A stretch of DNA of 64,000 nucleotides from Candidatus Bathyarchaeia archaeon (GTDB taxonomy: Archaea > Thermoproteota > CALKCG01 > B24), in the NCBI GenBank assembly GCA_038870975.1, contig JAVZJD010000002.1, positions 256,001 to 320,000 on the forward strand, read 5' to 3'. Positions 40,291-50,389 of the stretch are shown in pieces (position 1 is the first letter of the stretch; the number at the start of each line of letters is the position of its first letter). A model generated the notes under the pieces. That model ran no database searches. It was not told the DNA's origin and saw nothing but the letters and a program-made list of their open reading frames with translations. The position numbers and the translations under genes were made by a program.

Positions 40291-40974
40291 GTGAACATTC
40301 GATTGAGCTGGTTAGATTTAACTTCGAAGTTTGAAAACCTCATACTGTTATACGTGGGTGCTGAAGCAGAAGTTTATAGGGCTAAATGGTATGGAATAGA
40401 TGTGGTAGTTAAACGTAGAATCCCTAAGTCGTATAGAATTGAAAAGTTGGATGAAGAAATAAGGTCTAAGAGGACTGCGCGTGAAGCTAAAATACTACAT
40501 TATGCAAAAAAAGCTGGAGTACCTACACCCACAGTATACTTCTTAGATCTTGCAAATTCTACAATAGTTATGAGTTTTATCGAAGGAATGAGAATCAGAG
40601 AAATATTGAGTAAACTCAACGTGGAGGAACGCGTTAGAAACGTTGAAATTGTAGGGGTATACACAGGTAAACTTCACGAGGCTGGAATACAGCATGGTGA
40701 TTTAACCACTTCCAACATGATTCTAACAGGAGATGGAAGGATATTCCTACTAGACTTTGGCTTAAGCACATTTACAAATGATGTTGAAGATATGGCTATA
40801 GATATTATTCTATTCCGGAGAGCCTTATTGAGTACACACTTCATGTTTGCAGAAGAATGCTTTAAAGCATTCCTCAAAGGTTATGCAAGCGTCAGAGGTA
40901 TAGATGTAACTGAGAAAACCTTGGGAAAAGTCAGAGAAGTGGAAAGGAGAGGGCGTTACATCATTAGGAGCTAG
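40291..40974 (+). CDS. bud32: KEOPS complex kinase Bud32
   Basis: GAEA, KRRIPKSYR, HGDLTTSN, DFGL, RRGRY. Confidence 0.93.
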   Translation: MNIRLSWLDLTSKFENLILLYVGAEAEVYRAKWYGIDVVVKRRIPKSYRIEKLDEEIRSKRTAREAKILHYAKKAGVPTPTVYFLDLANSTIVMSFIEGMRIREILSKLNVEERVRNVEIVGVYTGKLHEAGIQHGDLTTSNMILTGDGRIFLLDFGLSTFTNDVEDMAIDIILFRRALLSTHFMFAEECFKAFLKGYASVRGIDVTEKTLGKVREVERRGRYIIRS

Positions 40975-41893
40975 GTTGCGCTTCCAATCTTACAAATGCC
41001 CTGAATACTTTTGAAGACCTACCGATGGTTAACTCTACGATATCGCCAACCCGCTTACCCCGTAGAGACTTAGTTATATCGCCCATAGATGAAATATTGA
41101 ATTCGTCAATACTTAAAATGACATCTCCAGGTCTAATTCCAGCCTTAAACGCAGGACTATTTTCAAATACACTCACAACTAAAACCCCTCTCATGAACGA
41201 TATGCCATAGTAGGATGCTATTGCCCTATTAAGGTCTATGCCAGCTATGCCGATCCATGGTCTAGCAAGGCCGTAGAGCCGTATGTCTTCAAAGATCCTT
41301 CTGACAGTATCTGCTGGCACTGCGAAACCTATGCCTTGAGCAAATGGTACGATAGCTGTACTCATACCGACCATTTCAGCCTTCATGTTGATTAGAGGAC
41401 CTCCGCTATTACCTGGATTTATAGCTGCATCGGTCTGAATAATACGGCTCATTACGCCTATAGGGGTTTGTAGTGTACGGTTCAATGCACTTATAACACC
41501 TATTGTAACCGTAGGACCTCCAGGAAGCCCCAATGGGTTACCAATAGCAACTACAAGTTGACCGACTTTAAGATCTTCGTAGTTACAGAATTTGATTGGT
41601 TTCAAATTTGAGGCGTTTACTTTTAGAATGGCCACATCCATCAGTCTATCTACGCCTATGAGTAATGCCTCAAACCTCTCGCCTGTATATAGTGTTACCT
41701 CTATCTGTTCGGCTCCTTCTACAACATGGTAACTAGTGGCTATGTAGCCGTTTTCATCTATTATCGTCCCTGAGCCTACACCTTTTACGGGTGTAGCTTG
41801 AAGGAGCAGGTCTCTACGTAATGCTATTGTACTGACGTTTACAACACTTGGAAGGGCTTCGTCTACGACTTTAACTATTCTTTCTTCTTCCAT
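40964..41893 (-). CDS. HtrA/DegP-like serine protease with PDZ domain
   Basis: GSG, AIGNP, QTDAAINPGNSGG, C-terminal PDZ. Confidence 0.93.
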   Translation of the reverse strand: MEEERIVKVVDEALPSVVNVSTIALRRDLLLQATPVKGVGSGTIIDENGYIATSYHVVEGAEQIEVTLYTGERFEALLIGVDRLMDVAILKVNASNLKPIKFCNYEDLKVGQLVVAIGNPLGLPGGPTVTIGVISALNRTLQTPIGVMSRIIQTDAAINPGNSGGPLINMKAEMVGMSTAIVPFAQGIGFAVPADTVRRIFEDIRLYGLARPWIGIAGIDLNRAIASYYGISFMRGVLVVSVFENSPAFKAGIRPGDVILSIDEFNISSMGDITKSLRGKRVGDIVELTIGRSSKVFRAFVRLEAQPSS

Positions 41894-42732
41894 TTTAGAT
41901 CAACCATGATACTCCTCATCTTAACAGCATCTAGGTCTAGAATTGGAGATTCACTTATCACTACTGGTTTATATCCGTTTTCAACAACTACTTCAGCCAA
42001 GGTTTTGAAGTCTGGGCTAAACGGCTCATCTAAAGTCCTATGTTTAACCTCTCCTCTGTCACTATACTCAACTTTTGTAAAGTGGAAGTGAAGCTTCTCA
42101 ATACCTCTGGAACCGAGAGTTTTTTCAATTTTTTCAAAGACCCTTAAATAATCATCTTTAGAATGGAGGCAACCCCTGCATCTAGCATGGATATGAGCCC
42201 AATCTATCGTAGGATATACCAAGTCAAATCTTTCACACATAGCCAGAATTTCATCTAAACTGCCGACCTGGCTTAGTTTTCCCGTTGTTTCAGGGCGAAG
42301 ATAAACTTTAGACCTTTTGGTGTTCATGTTCTCGACTATCTGACCCAGTGCTTTTAGACAAGTTTCAAAAGCCTCCCTAGGTGAGCCTTTTCCATAGAAT
42401 CCAGGGTGGAAGACAACGCTTTCAGCTCCAAGCCACTCAGCAGCCTCCAAGCAAACTTTAATCCTTTCAATGCTTTTCTCTACAACACTTTCATCTCCTG
42501 CAAGGTTGATGAAGTAAGACCCATGCATTGTAACCCAAATGTCGTTCTTCAACGCTTCAGATTTAAACTTCTCAGCAAGCTCACGTTTAATTTGAGGTTT
42601 AATCCCCCAGCGTACAGCCTGATATTCAAAAGCATCCAACTCTTCGTTCTTAAGATACTGTGGCACAAGCGTAAGTGGCCCGTTATATCCCACTGGGAGT
42701 CCAGCAGGTCCAAATCTGATTCTATCTGCCAA
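41875..42732 (-). CDS. Endonuclease IV-like TIM-barrel protein
   Basis: HGSYFINL, VFHPG, RPETTGK, DWAHIHAR, HFHF. Confidence 0.85.
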   Translation of the reverse strand: MADRIRFGPAGLPVGYNGPLTLVPQYLKNEELDAFEYQAVRWGIKPQIKRELAEKFKSEALKNDIWVTMHGSYFINLAGDESVVEKSIERIKVCLEAAEWLGAESVVFHPGFYGKGSPREAFETCLKALGQIVENMNTKRSKVYLRPETTGKLSQVGSLDEILAMCERFDLVYPTIDWAHIHARCRGCLHSKDDYLRVFEKIEKTLGSRGIEKLHFHFTKVEYSDRGEVKHRTLDEPFSPDFKTLAEVVVENGYKPVVISESPILDLDAVKMRSIMVDLKWKKKE

Positions 42733-42835
42733 GAAAACACCTGTGATGAATAATAAGATTTATGAATTTAATTAAATTTTCGTATAGGAGGAAAAGGTAA
42801 TTAAGTGGATTTCGATAATTTAACTCGGTTAAAAA

Positions 42836-43039
42836 ATGCCTAAGTATTGTCCTGAATGTGGTGGTGAACTGTTCTACGACCCATCTACGAAATGCTACAT
42901 GTGTAAGAGCTGTGGTGCTACGTATAATCAACAGGAGCTAGTAGACGCATGGAAAAAGACGAGAAAACATTTAGATGAAGAAGACGACAGGAAAAAACTT
43001 CGAAAGGAATATTTAAGATGGTGGCTTTCGAGGAAGTGA
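42836..43039 (+). CDS. Small zinc-ribbon protein
   Basis: CPECGG...CKSCG with C-terminal EYLRWWL. Confidence 0.75.
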   Translation: MPKYCPECGGELFYDPSTKCYMCKSCGATYNQQELVDAWKKTRKHLDEEDDRKKLRKEYLRWWLSRK

Positions 43040-43347
43040 TCTTAATTTTCCTCCCTAGCTCCGTATGGAACTACTGATGCTATTACGGCTACCCCTAGGC
43101 CTATCATAATTTCTCCACATTGTATCCATGGTATTCCCAGCTTCTCAAAAACCATTCAAATTAAATGGATTAACCTTGAAGTTAAACTTGAAAAATCGTA
43201 GAAGTTATTTTGTGGCTTGGCGTAGGAATCATCTTTCTTTATCCCCCTTTAACGTCCAATATCTTTAAGCATAATCCATTTATTCTTGTCAAGTTCATAC
43301 TTTTAAGTGTATTAAACCCATTTTCAAGCTAGTGAATATCGTATAGG

Positions 43348-44196
43348 GTGACTGATATGGCTGATCAGCTTAAATTTGAAATATTGACCATAGGGAATGA
43401 ATTGCTTATAGGTAAAATTCTGAATACAAATGCCCAGTGGCTTAGTAGACGTATAACAAGTTTAGGTGGGCGGGTTACTAGGATAATTACGATAGGAGAT
43501 GATGTCAATGAAATATCGACGACTATAAGAGACTGCTTATCTAGAAAACCGGACTTCATAATAACTGTAGGTGGATTGGGGCCGACGTTTGATGATAAAA
43601 CTCTTGAAGGAGTTGCATATGCAGTGAATGTGAAGCTTGAAGTCAATGAGGAAGCTTTGAAAATGGTTAAGATGAAATACGAGAGTTTGGGGAGAGCGAG
43701 AGGTGAAAAAATCGAACTTACACCCCCTAGGATTAAGATGGCTACTCTACCTAGGAGTGCTAAACCTTTAAGAAATCCAGTTGGAACAGCTCCAGGCGTT
43801 TTACTGGAAGCCGATGGCGTAACGATTATATGTCTACCCGGCGTTCCTGAGGAGATGAAGGCTATATTCGAAGACTCCATAAGCCCAATTATCCGAGGGA
43901 GGTCTAAACTCGTCTTCTGCGAGAAAAGTTTAAGACTTGAGGGGATATACGAGTCCGACCTTGCACCTATAATAGACCAAGTTCTAAAGATGAACCCTAA
44001 GGTCTATATTAAGTCGCATCCAAAGAGGGAAGAGGGGGGAGCTTACATAGAGTTGCACTTTTCAACGTCTGATGAAAGCCTTGATAAATGCCTCAGACTT
44101 ATAGAACTCTCAGCGTCAGAAATCAAGAGACATGTAGTTGAACGGGGGGGTAAAGTTACTGAAATATCGGCTGAGGGAAATGTTAGCCTACAATAG
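43348..44196 (+). CDS. CinA-like molybdopterin-binding-domain protein
   Basis: IGNELLIG, GGLGPTFDD, NPVGTAPG, LPGVPEEM. Confidence 0.85.
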   Translation: MTDMADQLKFEILTIGNELLIGKILNTNAQWLSRRITSLGGRVTRIITIGDDVNEISTTIRDCLSRKPDFIITVGGLGPTFDDKTLEGVAYAVNVKLEVNEEALKMVKMKYESLGRARGEKIELTPPRIKMATLPRSAKPLRNPVGTAPGVLLEADGVTIICLPGVPEEMKAIFEDSISPIIRGRSKLVFCEKSLRLEGIYESDLAPIIDQVLKMNPKVYIKSHPKREEGGAYIELHFSTSDESLDKCLRLIELSASEIKRHVVERGGKVTEISAEGNVSLQ

Positions 44197-45772
44197 CTGT
44201 AACCAAGCCGATCCCCCTAGTTCTACCTTCCCTAAAGACGAACCAATCTCCAGCTCTAATATGGACTGGTCTATATTTGAAGCTGAATTTTACATAAGAT
44301 GTTACACCTGTTCTTAATGGTTCACGGCTAGACTCTATGAGTTCAGCCGTCTGTCTTATCGTATGAATATGTATCACGGCGTTGTATCCTCTCCATATAG
44401 TTGTGGGGTGGTGTAAGATTGTTACTTTAGCTTCAAAAATCCTGACGGGCCTTAAAACCTCAGACTTATCGAGAATACACATACCCTTTAAGACTTCATC
44501 GTATTCTATACTCGATAAGGCTAAACAGACATTTTGACCTGGGAAAACCCTTTGAACGGGTGTTCTGTGTAGGTGTATGGATTTAATCTTTACGAGTCTA
44601 GAGCTCCCATCATCGAATGGACCTATTTGAACGTAGTCGTCGACGCCTATACTACCCTGGAGGACAACGCCACTTACGACAACACCTACGCCTTTAACGT
44701 TAAACTTATCCTCTACGTACATCATAAATGGTTTATCTAACTTCTCCTCCCATCTCATCCTCGGAGGAAGCAGGTTTAAGAACAACTTCAACAGGTTTAA
44801 GCCTTCACCAGTCTTATTTGAAACGAGGAATACCGGGGTTACCCTCCCAGACTGTATTGTTTTAACTGCTACAGATATGTCGTCCACCCCTCGAATCATT
44901 AATGGGATCTTGTCTACGCCAGGCATTTTCAAAAGTTTGAATACATCGTTTAAAACTTGTTCGATTTTCTCACTGCTTACCATGTCGATTTTAGTAATTA
45001 TCATTATTATGGGGATTTTTAAAGCGGTAGCTATTCCTAAGTGTTCCTTCGTAGTGCCTATAACGCCTGCGTTAGCACCTACGAGTAGTAAAGCGTAGTC
45101 CGGTGTCCTCCCCATTATCCCTTTAAGTGTCGTTCGTAGATATTTCTCATGACCCCCAAGGTCTATTAGATTTATAATCTTAGAACTCTTCAAGAAGACT
45201 TGAGACTCATCTAAAGGTGAAGTAAGGCTATGATTCACTACATCTCCATCCTCCGAGAAACCGATTGGATGAATCGATATGGAGGATGTCCTACCAGTTT
45301 TAATTTCGTGTATGTACCTGGCGACTTTCCTCATAGCTAGACCTCTACCATCATCCATTTCACCAGTCGACAATACACCAACGAGGCTGGATTTGCCTGC
45401 GTCAACATTTCCGAGCAACGGAATCTCCAGAAATATTGGAAGATTGCCCTCCCTAGAAACTCTAATGTGGACTTCAGCTATTTTACCTACTCTACCTGTT
45501 CCAATCCTTAGAAGTCTACATTTAGCCCCCACTAGTTTTGCAGCTTTCTCCAGAACGTTTAGGGAGAGTTCGAGTTCTCTGTCGTCGAGGCCTATAAGAT
45601 CCCCGTCATCTGAAACGCCTATTTCGTAAAATGCTTCACCACCACCTTCATTAAGTCTATAACGCATTTGGGTAGCCAGGTGTTCAATGGTCTTCTGATC
45701 ATCCCTTAAAAGAACGAGTTTATACTCTATGTTGCCATCGTCTTTCTCAGCTTCGTTTAATCCACCCCTAAA
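44183..45772 (-). CDS. GTPBP1-family translational GTPase (start codon unresolved)
   Basis: GNVDAGKS, HE..GRTSS, DLGGHEKY, TKID, FREGRTRGIG; conserved GNIEYKL upstream of the ATG at 45667. Confidence 0.88.
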   Translation of the reverse strand, partial: FRGGLNEAEKDDGNIEYKLVLLRDDQKTIEHLATQMRYRLNEGGGEAFYEIGVSDDGDLIGLDDRELELSLNVLEKAAKLVGAKCRLLRIGTGRVGKIAEVHIRVSREGNLPIFLEIPLLGNVDAGKSSLVGVLSTGEMDDGRGLAMRKVARYIHEIKTGRTSSISIHPIGFSEDGDVVNHSLTSPLDESQVFLKSSKIINLIDLGGHEKYLRTTLKGIMGRTPDYALLLVGANAGVIGTTKEHLGIATALKIPIIMIITKIDMVSSEKIEQVLNDVFKLLKMPGVDKIPLMIRGVDDISVAVKTIQSGRVTPVFLVSNKTGEGLNLLKLFLNLLPPRMRWEEKLDKPFMMYVEDKFNVKGVGVVVSGVVLQGSIGVDDYVQIGPFDDGSSRLVKIKSIHLHRTPVQRVFPGQNVCLALSSIEYDEVLKGMCILDKSEVLRPVRIFEAKVTILHHPTTIWRGYNAVIHIHTIRQTAELIESSREPLRTGVTSYVKFSFKYRPVHIRAGDWFVFREGRTRGIGLVTAIVG

Positions 45773-45862
45773 TTGTAGACACCTCTCAAACGTAAATCTT
45801 TAACAGGTCGGATTTAAACATTTTATCTAGGTTTACTCTTAGAGCATTTAGAGGGGGTTTTT

Positions 45863-46624
45863 CTGTATACGACGTACATATTAGGTACTGCTGGTTCAGG
45901 AAAATCTCAGCTGACGCAAGCCCTAGTAGACTTTCTAAGGGCTAAAGATCAGAGTGTAGCGTCCATAAATCTAGACCCGGGTGTTATAGACCTACCCTAC
46001 GTTCCAGATGTAGACGTTAGAGATTACATAGATGTATATGATATCATGGAAAGGTATGGACTTGGACCTAATGGAGCTTTAATACTCGCAGCAGACATGA
46101 TAGCTACTCACATAGATGACTTGAGAAGGGATGTTGAAGACTTAAAAGTCGACTATTTGATAGTAGATACGCCTGGGCAACTTGAACTATTCGCCTTTAG
46201 AGCAAGTGGCCCTTTAATAGCTTCAACGCTTACAGATGGCTCTAAAGCCATAGTGTACCTTTTTGAGTCGACGTTTTCAAGTGACCCATTTAACTACATG
46301 TCGAACATGTTTCTATCTGCGGCAATCTACTCTAGGTTTCTCCTGCCTCAAATCCATGTGATATCAAAGATAGACCTCGTGTCTAATGAAACTGTGGAGG
46401 AAATGATTTCATGGTATGAGGATGAAGAGGCTTTAGAGAATGCTATCGAAGGCAGGTTGACGGGTGAACGCTACATTTTCACAAGACGACTCAGCTCGTC
46501 GCTGAAAGACTTATGCTCAGTATCCGCGTTAATACCAGTATCATCCAAGACTGGCTTAGGACTTACAGAGCTTTCAGCCGCTTTAACGAGAATATTTACT
46601 GGTGGAGAAGAACTTCTAATTTAA
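45863..46624 (+). CDS. GPN-loop GTPase (probable CTG start)
   Basis: GTAGSGKS and NLDPG lie upstream of the ATG at 46046; LGPNG, DTPGQ, KID. Confidence 0.92.
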   Translation: MYTTYILGTAGSGKSQLTQALVDFLRAKDQSVASINLDPGVIDLPYVPDVDVRDYIDVYDIMERYGLGPNGALILAADMIATHIDDLRRDVEDLKVDYLIVDTPGQLELFAFRASGPLIASTLTDGSKAIVYLFESTFSSDPFNYMSNMFLSAAIYSRFLLPQIHVISKIDLVSNETVEEMISWYEDEEALENAIEGRLTGERYIFTRRLSSSLKDLCSVSALIPVSSKTGLGLTELSAALTRIFTGGEELLI

Positions 46625-46683
46625 GCTTTAGAGCCCAAGTGATTTTTAACCTTTATCTTTCCCTTAGGGATATTTTCACTATA

Positions 46684-47286
46684 ATGCGTGGGATTAGTTT
46701 GAAAGATGGAAAATGGTTCAAAGAAACACTGCTTCTATACGCTTTAAGCCGTTTTGAACCATTAGGTAGGAAAACATTAACAAGAATACTTAGAGTTAAT
46801 GAAGGGACTGTTAGAGGGCTACTTAATGGATTGAAAGAACATGGCTACATATGTGTGGATAAAACTGGAGTTAGAATAACGCCGGAGGGAGGTGTAGAAC
46901 TTAAAGAGAGGCTGGAAAGAATGCATATAAAGAGCGTGAAGGATTTCCCACAAGAAGGGCTTAAAATAGGTCCAAGTTCAGTAGCAGTTTTAATATGTGG
47001 CGTTACACGTAGAGAAACACTGGGTTTAGAAGAGAGGGATCAAGCTGTTAGAGCTGGTGCAATTGGAGCCGTCACAATAACGTATTACAACAGTGTATAT
47101 ACCATGCCTGGGGTATATGGAAATCTTGAAGTCGAGGCCCCAGAATGGTATAGAGCCGTTTCAAACACGTTTAAACCTGAGGATGGGTCTTACATAGTAG
47201 TGGTTTTTGGAGAAAACCACTGGGTTGCAGTTGAAGCTGCTTTCTCAGTAGCCGTTAAAATATTGACCACTCAAAACTTACCATAG
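46684..47286 (+). CDS. Winged-HTH protein, DUF4443/DUF2111-like
   Basis: LGRK..EGTVR HTH; GLEERDQAVRAGAIGA. Confidence 0.7.
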   Translation: MRGISLKDGKWFKETLLLYALSRFEPLGRKTLTRILRVNEGTVRGLLNGLKEHGYICVDKTGVRITPEGGVELKERLERMHIKSVKDFPQEGLKIGPSSVAVLICGVTRRETLGLEERDQAVRAGAIGAVTITYYNSVYTMPGVYGNLEVEAPEWYRAVSNTFKPEDGSYIVVVFGENHWVAVEAAFSVAVKILTTQNLP

Positions 47287-47351
47287 ACTCGATTAGAGTA
47301 CTTACTTCTACGGTATAGTAGAACTAAAATTAAAAGGGGGGAAATTATTTA

Positions 47352-48179
47352 GTGAGTAGAATGCTCCAAAAAGCCGTTCTTCTCGGTAGGTCTGATAGCT
47401 CTGAGGCATTGACGCTAATAGGTGAGCTTAGGCAGAGGCTTGTAGAATTAGGCTTAAGTGTTGAAGTGGAAGAGAGTGTAGCTTCAAAGCTTGGATTACA
47501 AGGGAGGCCTATAGGAGAGCTGGACGGCGATTTCGCTGTCGTAGTAGGTGGGGATGGTACGATTCTTAGAGCTGTACACGGCTTAAGACGAGATATTCCT
47601 CTATTGACTGTGAGATTGGGTAGAGTTGGATTTCTCGCTGAAGTTGAAAAAGAAGAAGTTTCTGAGGCATTAAGCCGGTTTATTTCTGGAGATTTTATGA
47701 TTGAAGAGTGTTCTACCCTTACCAATGATAAGAATCTACCTGAAGCATTAAATGAAATCATGGTGGGTGCTGAGCTACCACTTAAAACGATTGATGTTGA
47801 GGTTTACGTAGATGGGTGGCTTATAGCTAGGGATAGGGTTGATGCGATTATAGTTTCGACAACAACTGGCGCTACTGGATACTCTCTAAGTGCCGGGGGA
47901 TGTCTTGTTGACAGTAGGGTTAAAGCAATTATGCTTGTTCCAGTGTGTCCACTTTCAACAAACTTTAAACCCTACGTCTTACCGGAGGACTCTGAAGTAC
48001 GGGTGGATGTAGCTACGGGAGATAGTATCGTTGTTCTAGTGGATGGGCAAATTATGAGTCGATATAAACCACCGTTTAACATAATTATTAGAAAGGGTAA
48101 ACGCACCGTTAAATTCGTAAGGTTTGAGTCAAACTTCTACAAGAGAATCAGAAGGAGACTTGAATTAAGCTCTATCTAG
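47352..48179 (+). CDS. nadK: NAD kinase
   Basis: GGDGT, GFL, LNE, TTGATGYSLSAGG, VDG. Confidence 0.93.
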   Translation: MSRMLQKAVLLGRSDSSEALTLIGELRQRLVELGLSVEVEESVASKLGLQGRPIGELDGDFAVVVGGDGTILRAVHGLRRDIPLLTVRLGRVGFLAEVEKEEVSEALSRFISGDFMIEECSTLTNDKNLPEALNEIMVGAELPLKTIDVEVYVDGWLIARDRVDAIIVSTTTGATGYSLSAGGCLVDSRVKAIMLVPVCPLSTNFKPYVLPEDSEVRVDVATGDSIVVLVDGQIMSRYKPPFNIIIRKGKRTVKFVRFESNFYKRIRRRLELSSI

Positions 48180-49442
48180 CTACTGACTGTACTTAAGAAT
48201 GGCTGCAACGCCTCCAAAGCTTTTCAGAAGCATTTCACCTTCCTCTGTTTTCGAAGAGATTACTTCCACTTTAACGCCAAAGTTTTCAGCCATATCAATA
48301 AGTTCATCTATTAAGTCTCTACGGTCTTTGACTCTAAATGTTTGGAGGCCGCATTTTACACATTTACGTGTTGCAAGCTCATTCTCAAGCATAGGTATAT
48401 CTATCGGTTGAACTGTAACCCATTCAGAGTATCCGCAGTTTGAACACTCAATTTGAACCCTCTGAGTCTGTAGATCCTCAGATATAAGTAGAACGTCTAT
48501 AGTGCCTTTTTCAAGATGGCGTTTCACGTCTTTCTCACCGTATGCTGCTAATCCTGTGTCTTTAGATACTTGGTCTAGAAAACTTTGAACAAGCTTCTTC
48601 TCTTCTATTCTTCTAACCTCCTTCAGAGCATCTGAAACTCTGTCGATTATATCTCTTAAACCAGACTCGTCTGCATAAGCCGTGTCTACGACGGCAATCA
48701 CTTTCTTCTTAAGCATGTAATTCATGTAATCTCCCTCTAGAAAGTCTCTCTTAGTCGGGCCTGGACCTCCTACTATTATCCCTCTTAATTCATTCAAGTT
48801 TAAGAATAGCGAGTCCGCATGTTTACCAGCTCTTCTAAAGAAATCGTTGAGCTCCATTTCTCTAAGCCTCTCAAATCGCCTAGCCGATTGACCACCAGCT
48901 CTATGTTTACCTGGTATTCCAGAGGTTATTTCCTGCAGAACCTCGAGGCGGTTGCCAGCTAAAGTTGCAAATGTCGCCCTACTTGAATCGATAAGTATTA
49001 TTCCGTAAACCTCCTTCTCTCTAAGCATTTCTAACAGAGGCTCCACGTAAAATTTAGAACCGCAACCATAATAATATACGTCTACTGGCTCAGGAGGGAT
49101 TATCACGTAGGTCTCCATTCTTTCAGACCCTGGACCATTCTGCGGAATTGCTCCGCAGAAAATTATCAACCCATTTGGAGGAGTCTGTTTAAACAGCCTG
49201 AGCCTCTGCATAACCCTCTCTAAAGCCGATTGAACATTTTTACGAGTCCTATCAGATTTTATATTCATAGCCGTACTGTACTCTTGTCTAAGATTATTCA
49301 TAACATCAGATATAGGTCTACCTGAAGGCACGTAGAGTGAAACTAGCTCCGTACCCCTACCCTCCTTAGACGCAAGCAATTTAATCGTCTTCCTAAGTTT
49401 GTAAAGCTCAACAGAGCTATACTTGTCTCTAACTCTAGCCAT
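48180..49442 (-). CDS. prf1: Peptide chain release factor aRF1
   Basis: NIKS, GGQSARRF, GGVAAILKY. Confidence 0.98.
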   Translation of the reverse strand: MARVRDKYSSVELYKLRKTIKLLASKEGRGTELVSLYVPSGRPISDVMNNLRQEYSTAMNIKSDRTRKNVQSALERVMQRLRLFKQTPPNGLIIFCGAIPQNGPGSERMETYVIIPPEPVDVYYYGCGSKFYVEPLLEMLREKEVYGIILIDSSRATFATLAGNRLEVLQEITSGIPGKHRAGGQSARRFERLREMELNDFFRRAGKHADSLFLNLNELRGIIVGGPGPTKRDFLEGDYMNYMLKKKVIAVVDTAYADESGLRDIIDRVSDALKEVRRIEEKKLVQSFLDQVSKDTGLAAYGEKDVKRHLEKGTIDVLLISEDLQTQRVQIECSNCGYSEWVTVQPIDIPMLENELATRKCVKCGLQTFRVKDRRDLIDELIDMAENFGVKVEVISSKTEEGEMLLKSFGGVAAILKYSQ

Positions 49443-49703
49443 GACCCGCTAGATACAAGAAGGCAAGAGTTATTTAAACCCTATTTATAAAATCTACTAC
49501 ATCGTCTAGTGTCTTCACTCATTACATTGGACTTTTTACCATAAGGATCCTTCGTGAAAACATGTACGTCGTACTTTTACAAGCTTTACTTCTCTCAAAC
49601 TCTTCTGAGAATAAACTAAAATTCCAAAACGCTTCTATAGACGACGAGAAAGACACAACTAAAGCTTTAAATGATGAAAAATCGTAGTAATAGCGGAAGA
49701 TAG

Positions 49704-49788
49704 GCGGGGGTAGCCAAGCCTGGTCTAAGGCGCAGGGCTTAGGACCCTGTGGGGTAGCCCTTCGTGGGTTCAAATCCCACCCCCCGCA
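49704..49788 (+). tRNA. tRNA-Leu(TAG), intronless, CCA not encoded
   Basis: Acceptor GCGGGGG/CCCCCGC, anticodon arm CAGGG-CTTAGGA-CCCTG, long variable arm, T arm GTGGG-TTCAAAT-CCCAC; upstream TTTAAA. Confidence 0.97.
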
Positions 49789-50389
49789 CTACTCGAAAAT
49801 AACAGAAATCCTTATTTTTAGGATTTTCATTAAATAATCCCAAATTATCCAGTTTTTAACATTGCTTTCATTTCGGAAGAAAGTTTAAATTCTCGATTTT
49901 CATTTTTCTGCAAAACTTCTACTATTCTTCTTTTTCCGTAAATTATAAAAACTGAAGTAGAAGACTCAGTAAATTGCAGAAGCTGTTGGCGAAAGTAATT
50001 ATTGTTTATGGGTCAAGATATAGTACACACTAAGCGTGTAGTGGGTGCAATCGTAGATAGTATTGAAGAACTTGGAGGTGTAGAAATTTCCATTAACAAG
50101 CTTAAGGAAGTAGGCCTTGACACACTTACCAAAATTAGAAATCATTAAATGAAAAACGGTTGCTTTATATGCAACTACTTCAACAGCCCTCAAGATAATA
50201 ACCAATATAAAACTCAAACTTGCAAGTGTATATGTTGTGTAGGTTGAGTATATGGATGTACTGTCGATTTCTTTATTTTTGAGGAACATCTATTCTCTTT
50301 TCTCGACGAACTGCAGAATAGTGAAAACACTATGGAGAAGTTTGATTCTATAAAAGATTTAAAATAGATACAAATGAAATGCCTTATAC

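Noticed and set aside
43042-43155. 37-aa hydrophobic minus-strand ORF (MVFEKLGIPW...)
   Set aside because: Too short and unsupported to call; a small protein cannot be excluded
49522-49773. 83-aa minus-strand ORF
   Set aside because: Antisense to tRNA-Leu and its promoter
49999-50289. 96-aa minus-strand ORF
   Set aside because: No recognisable motif; AT-rich decayed region
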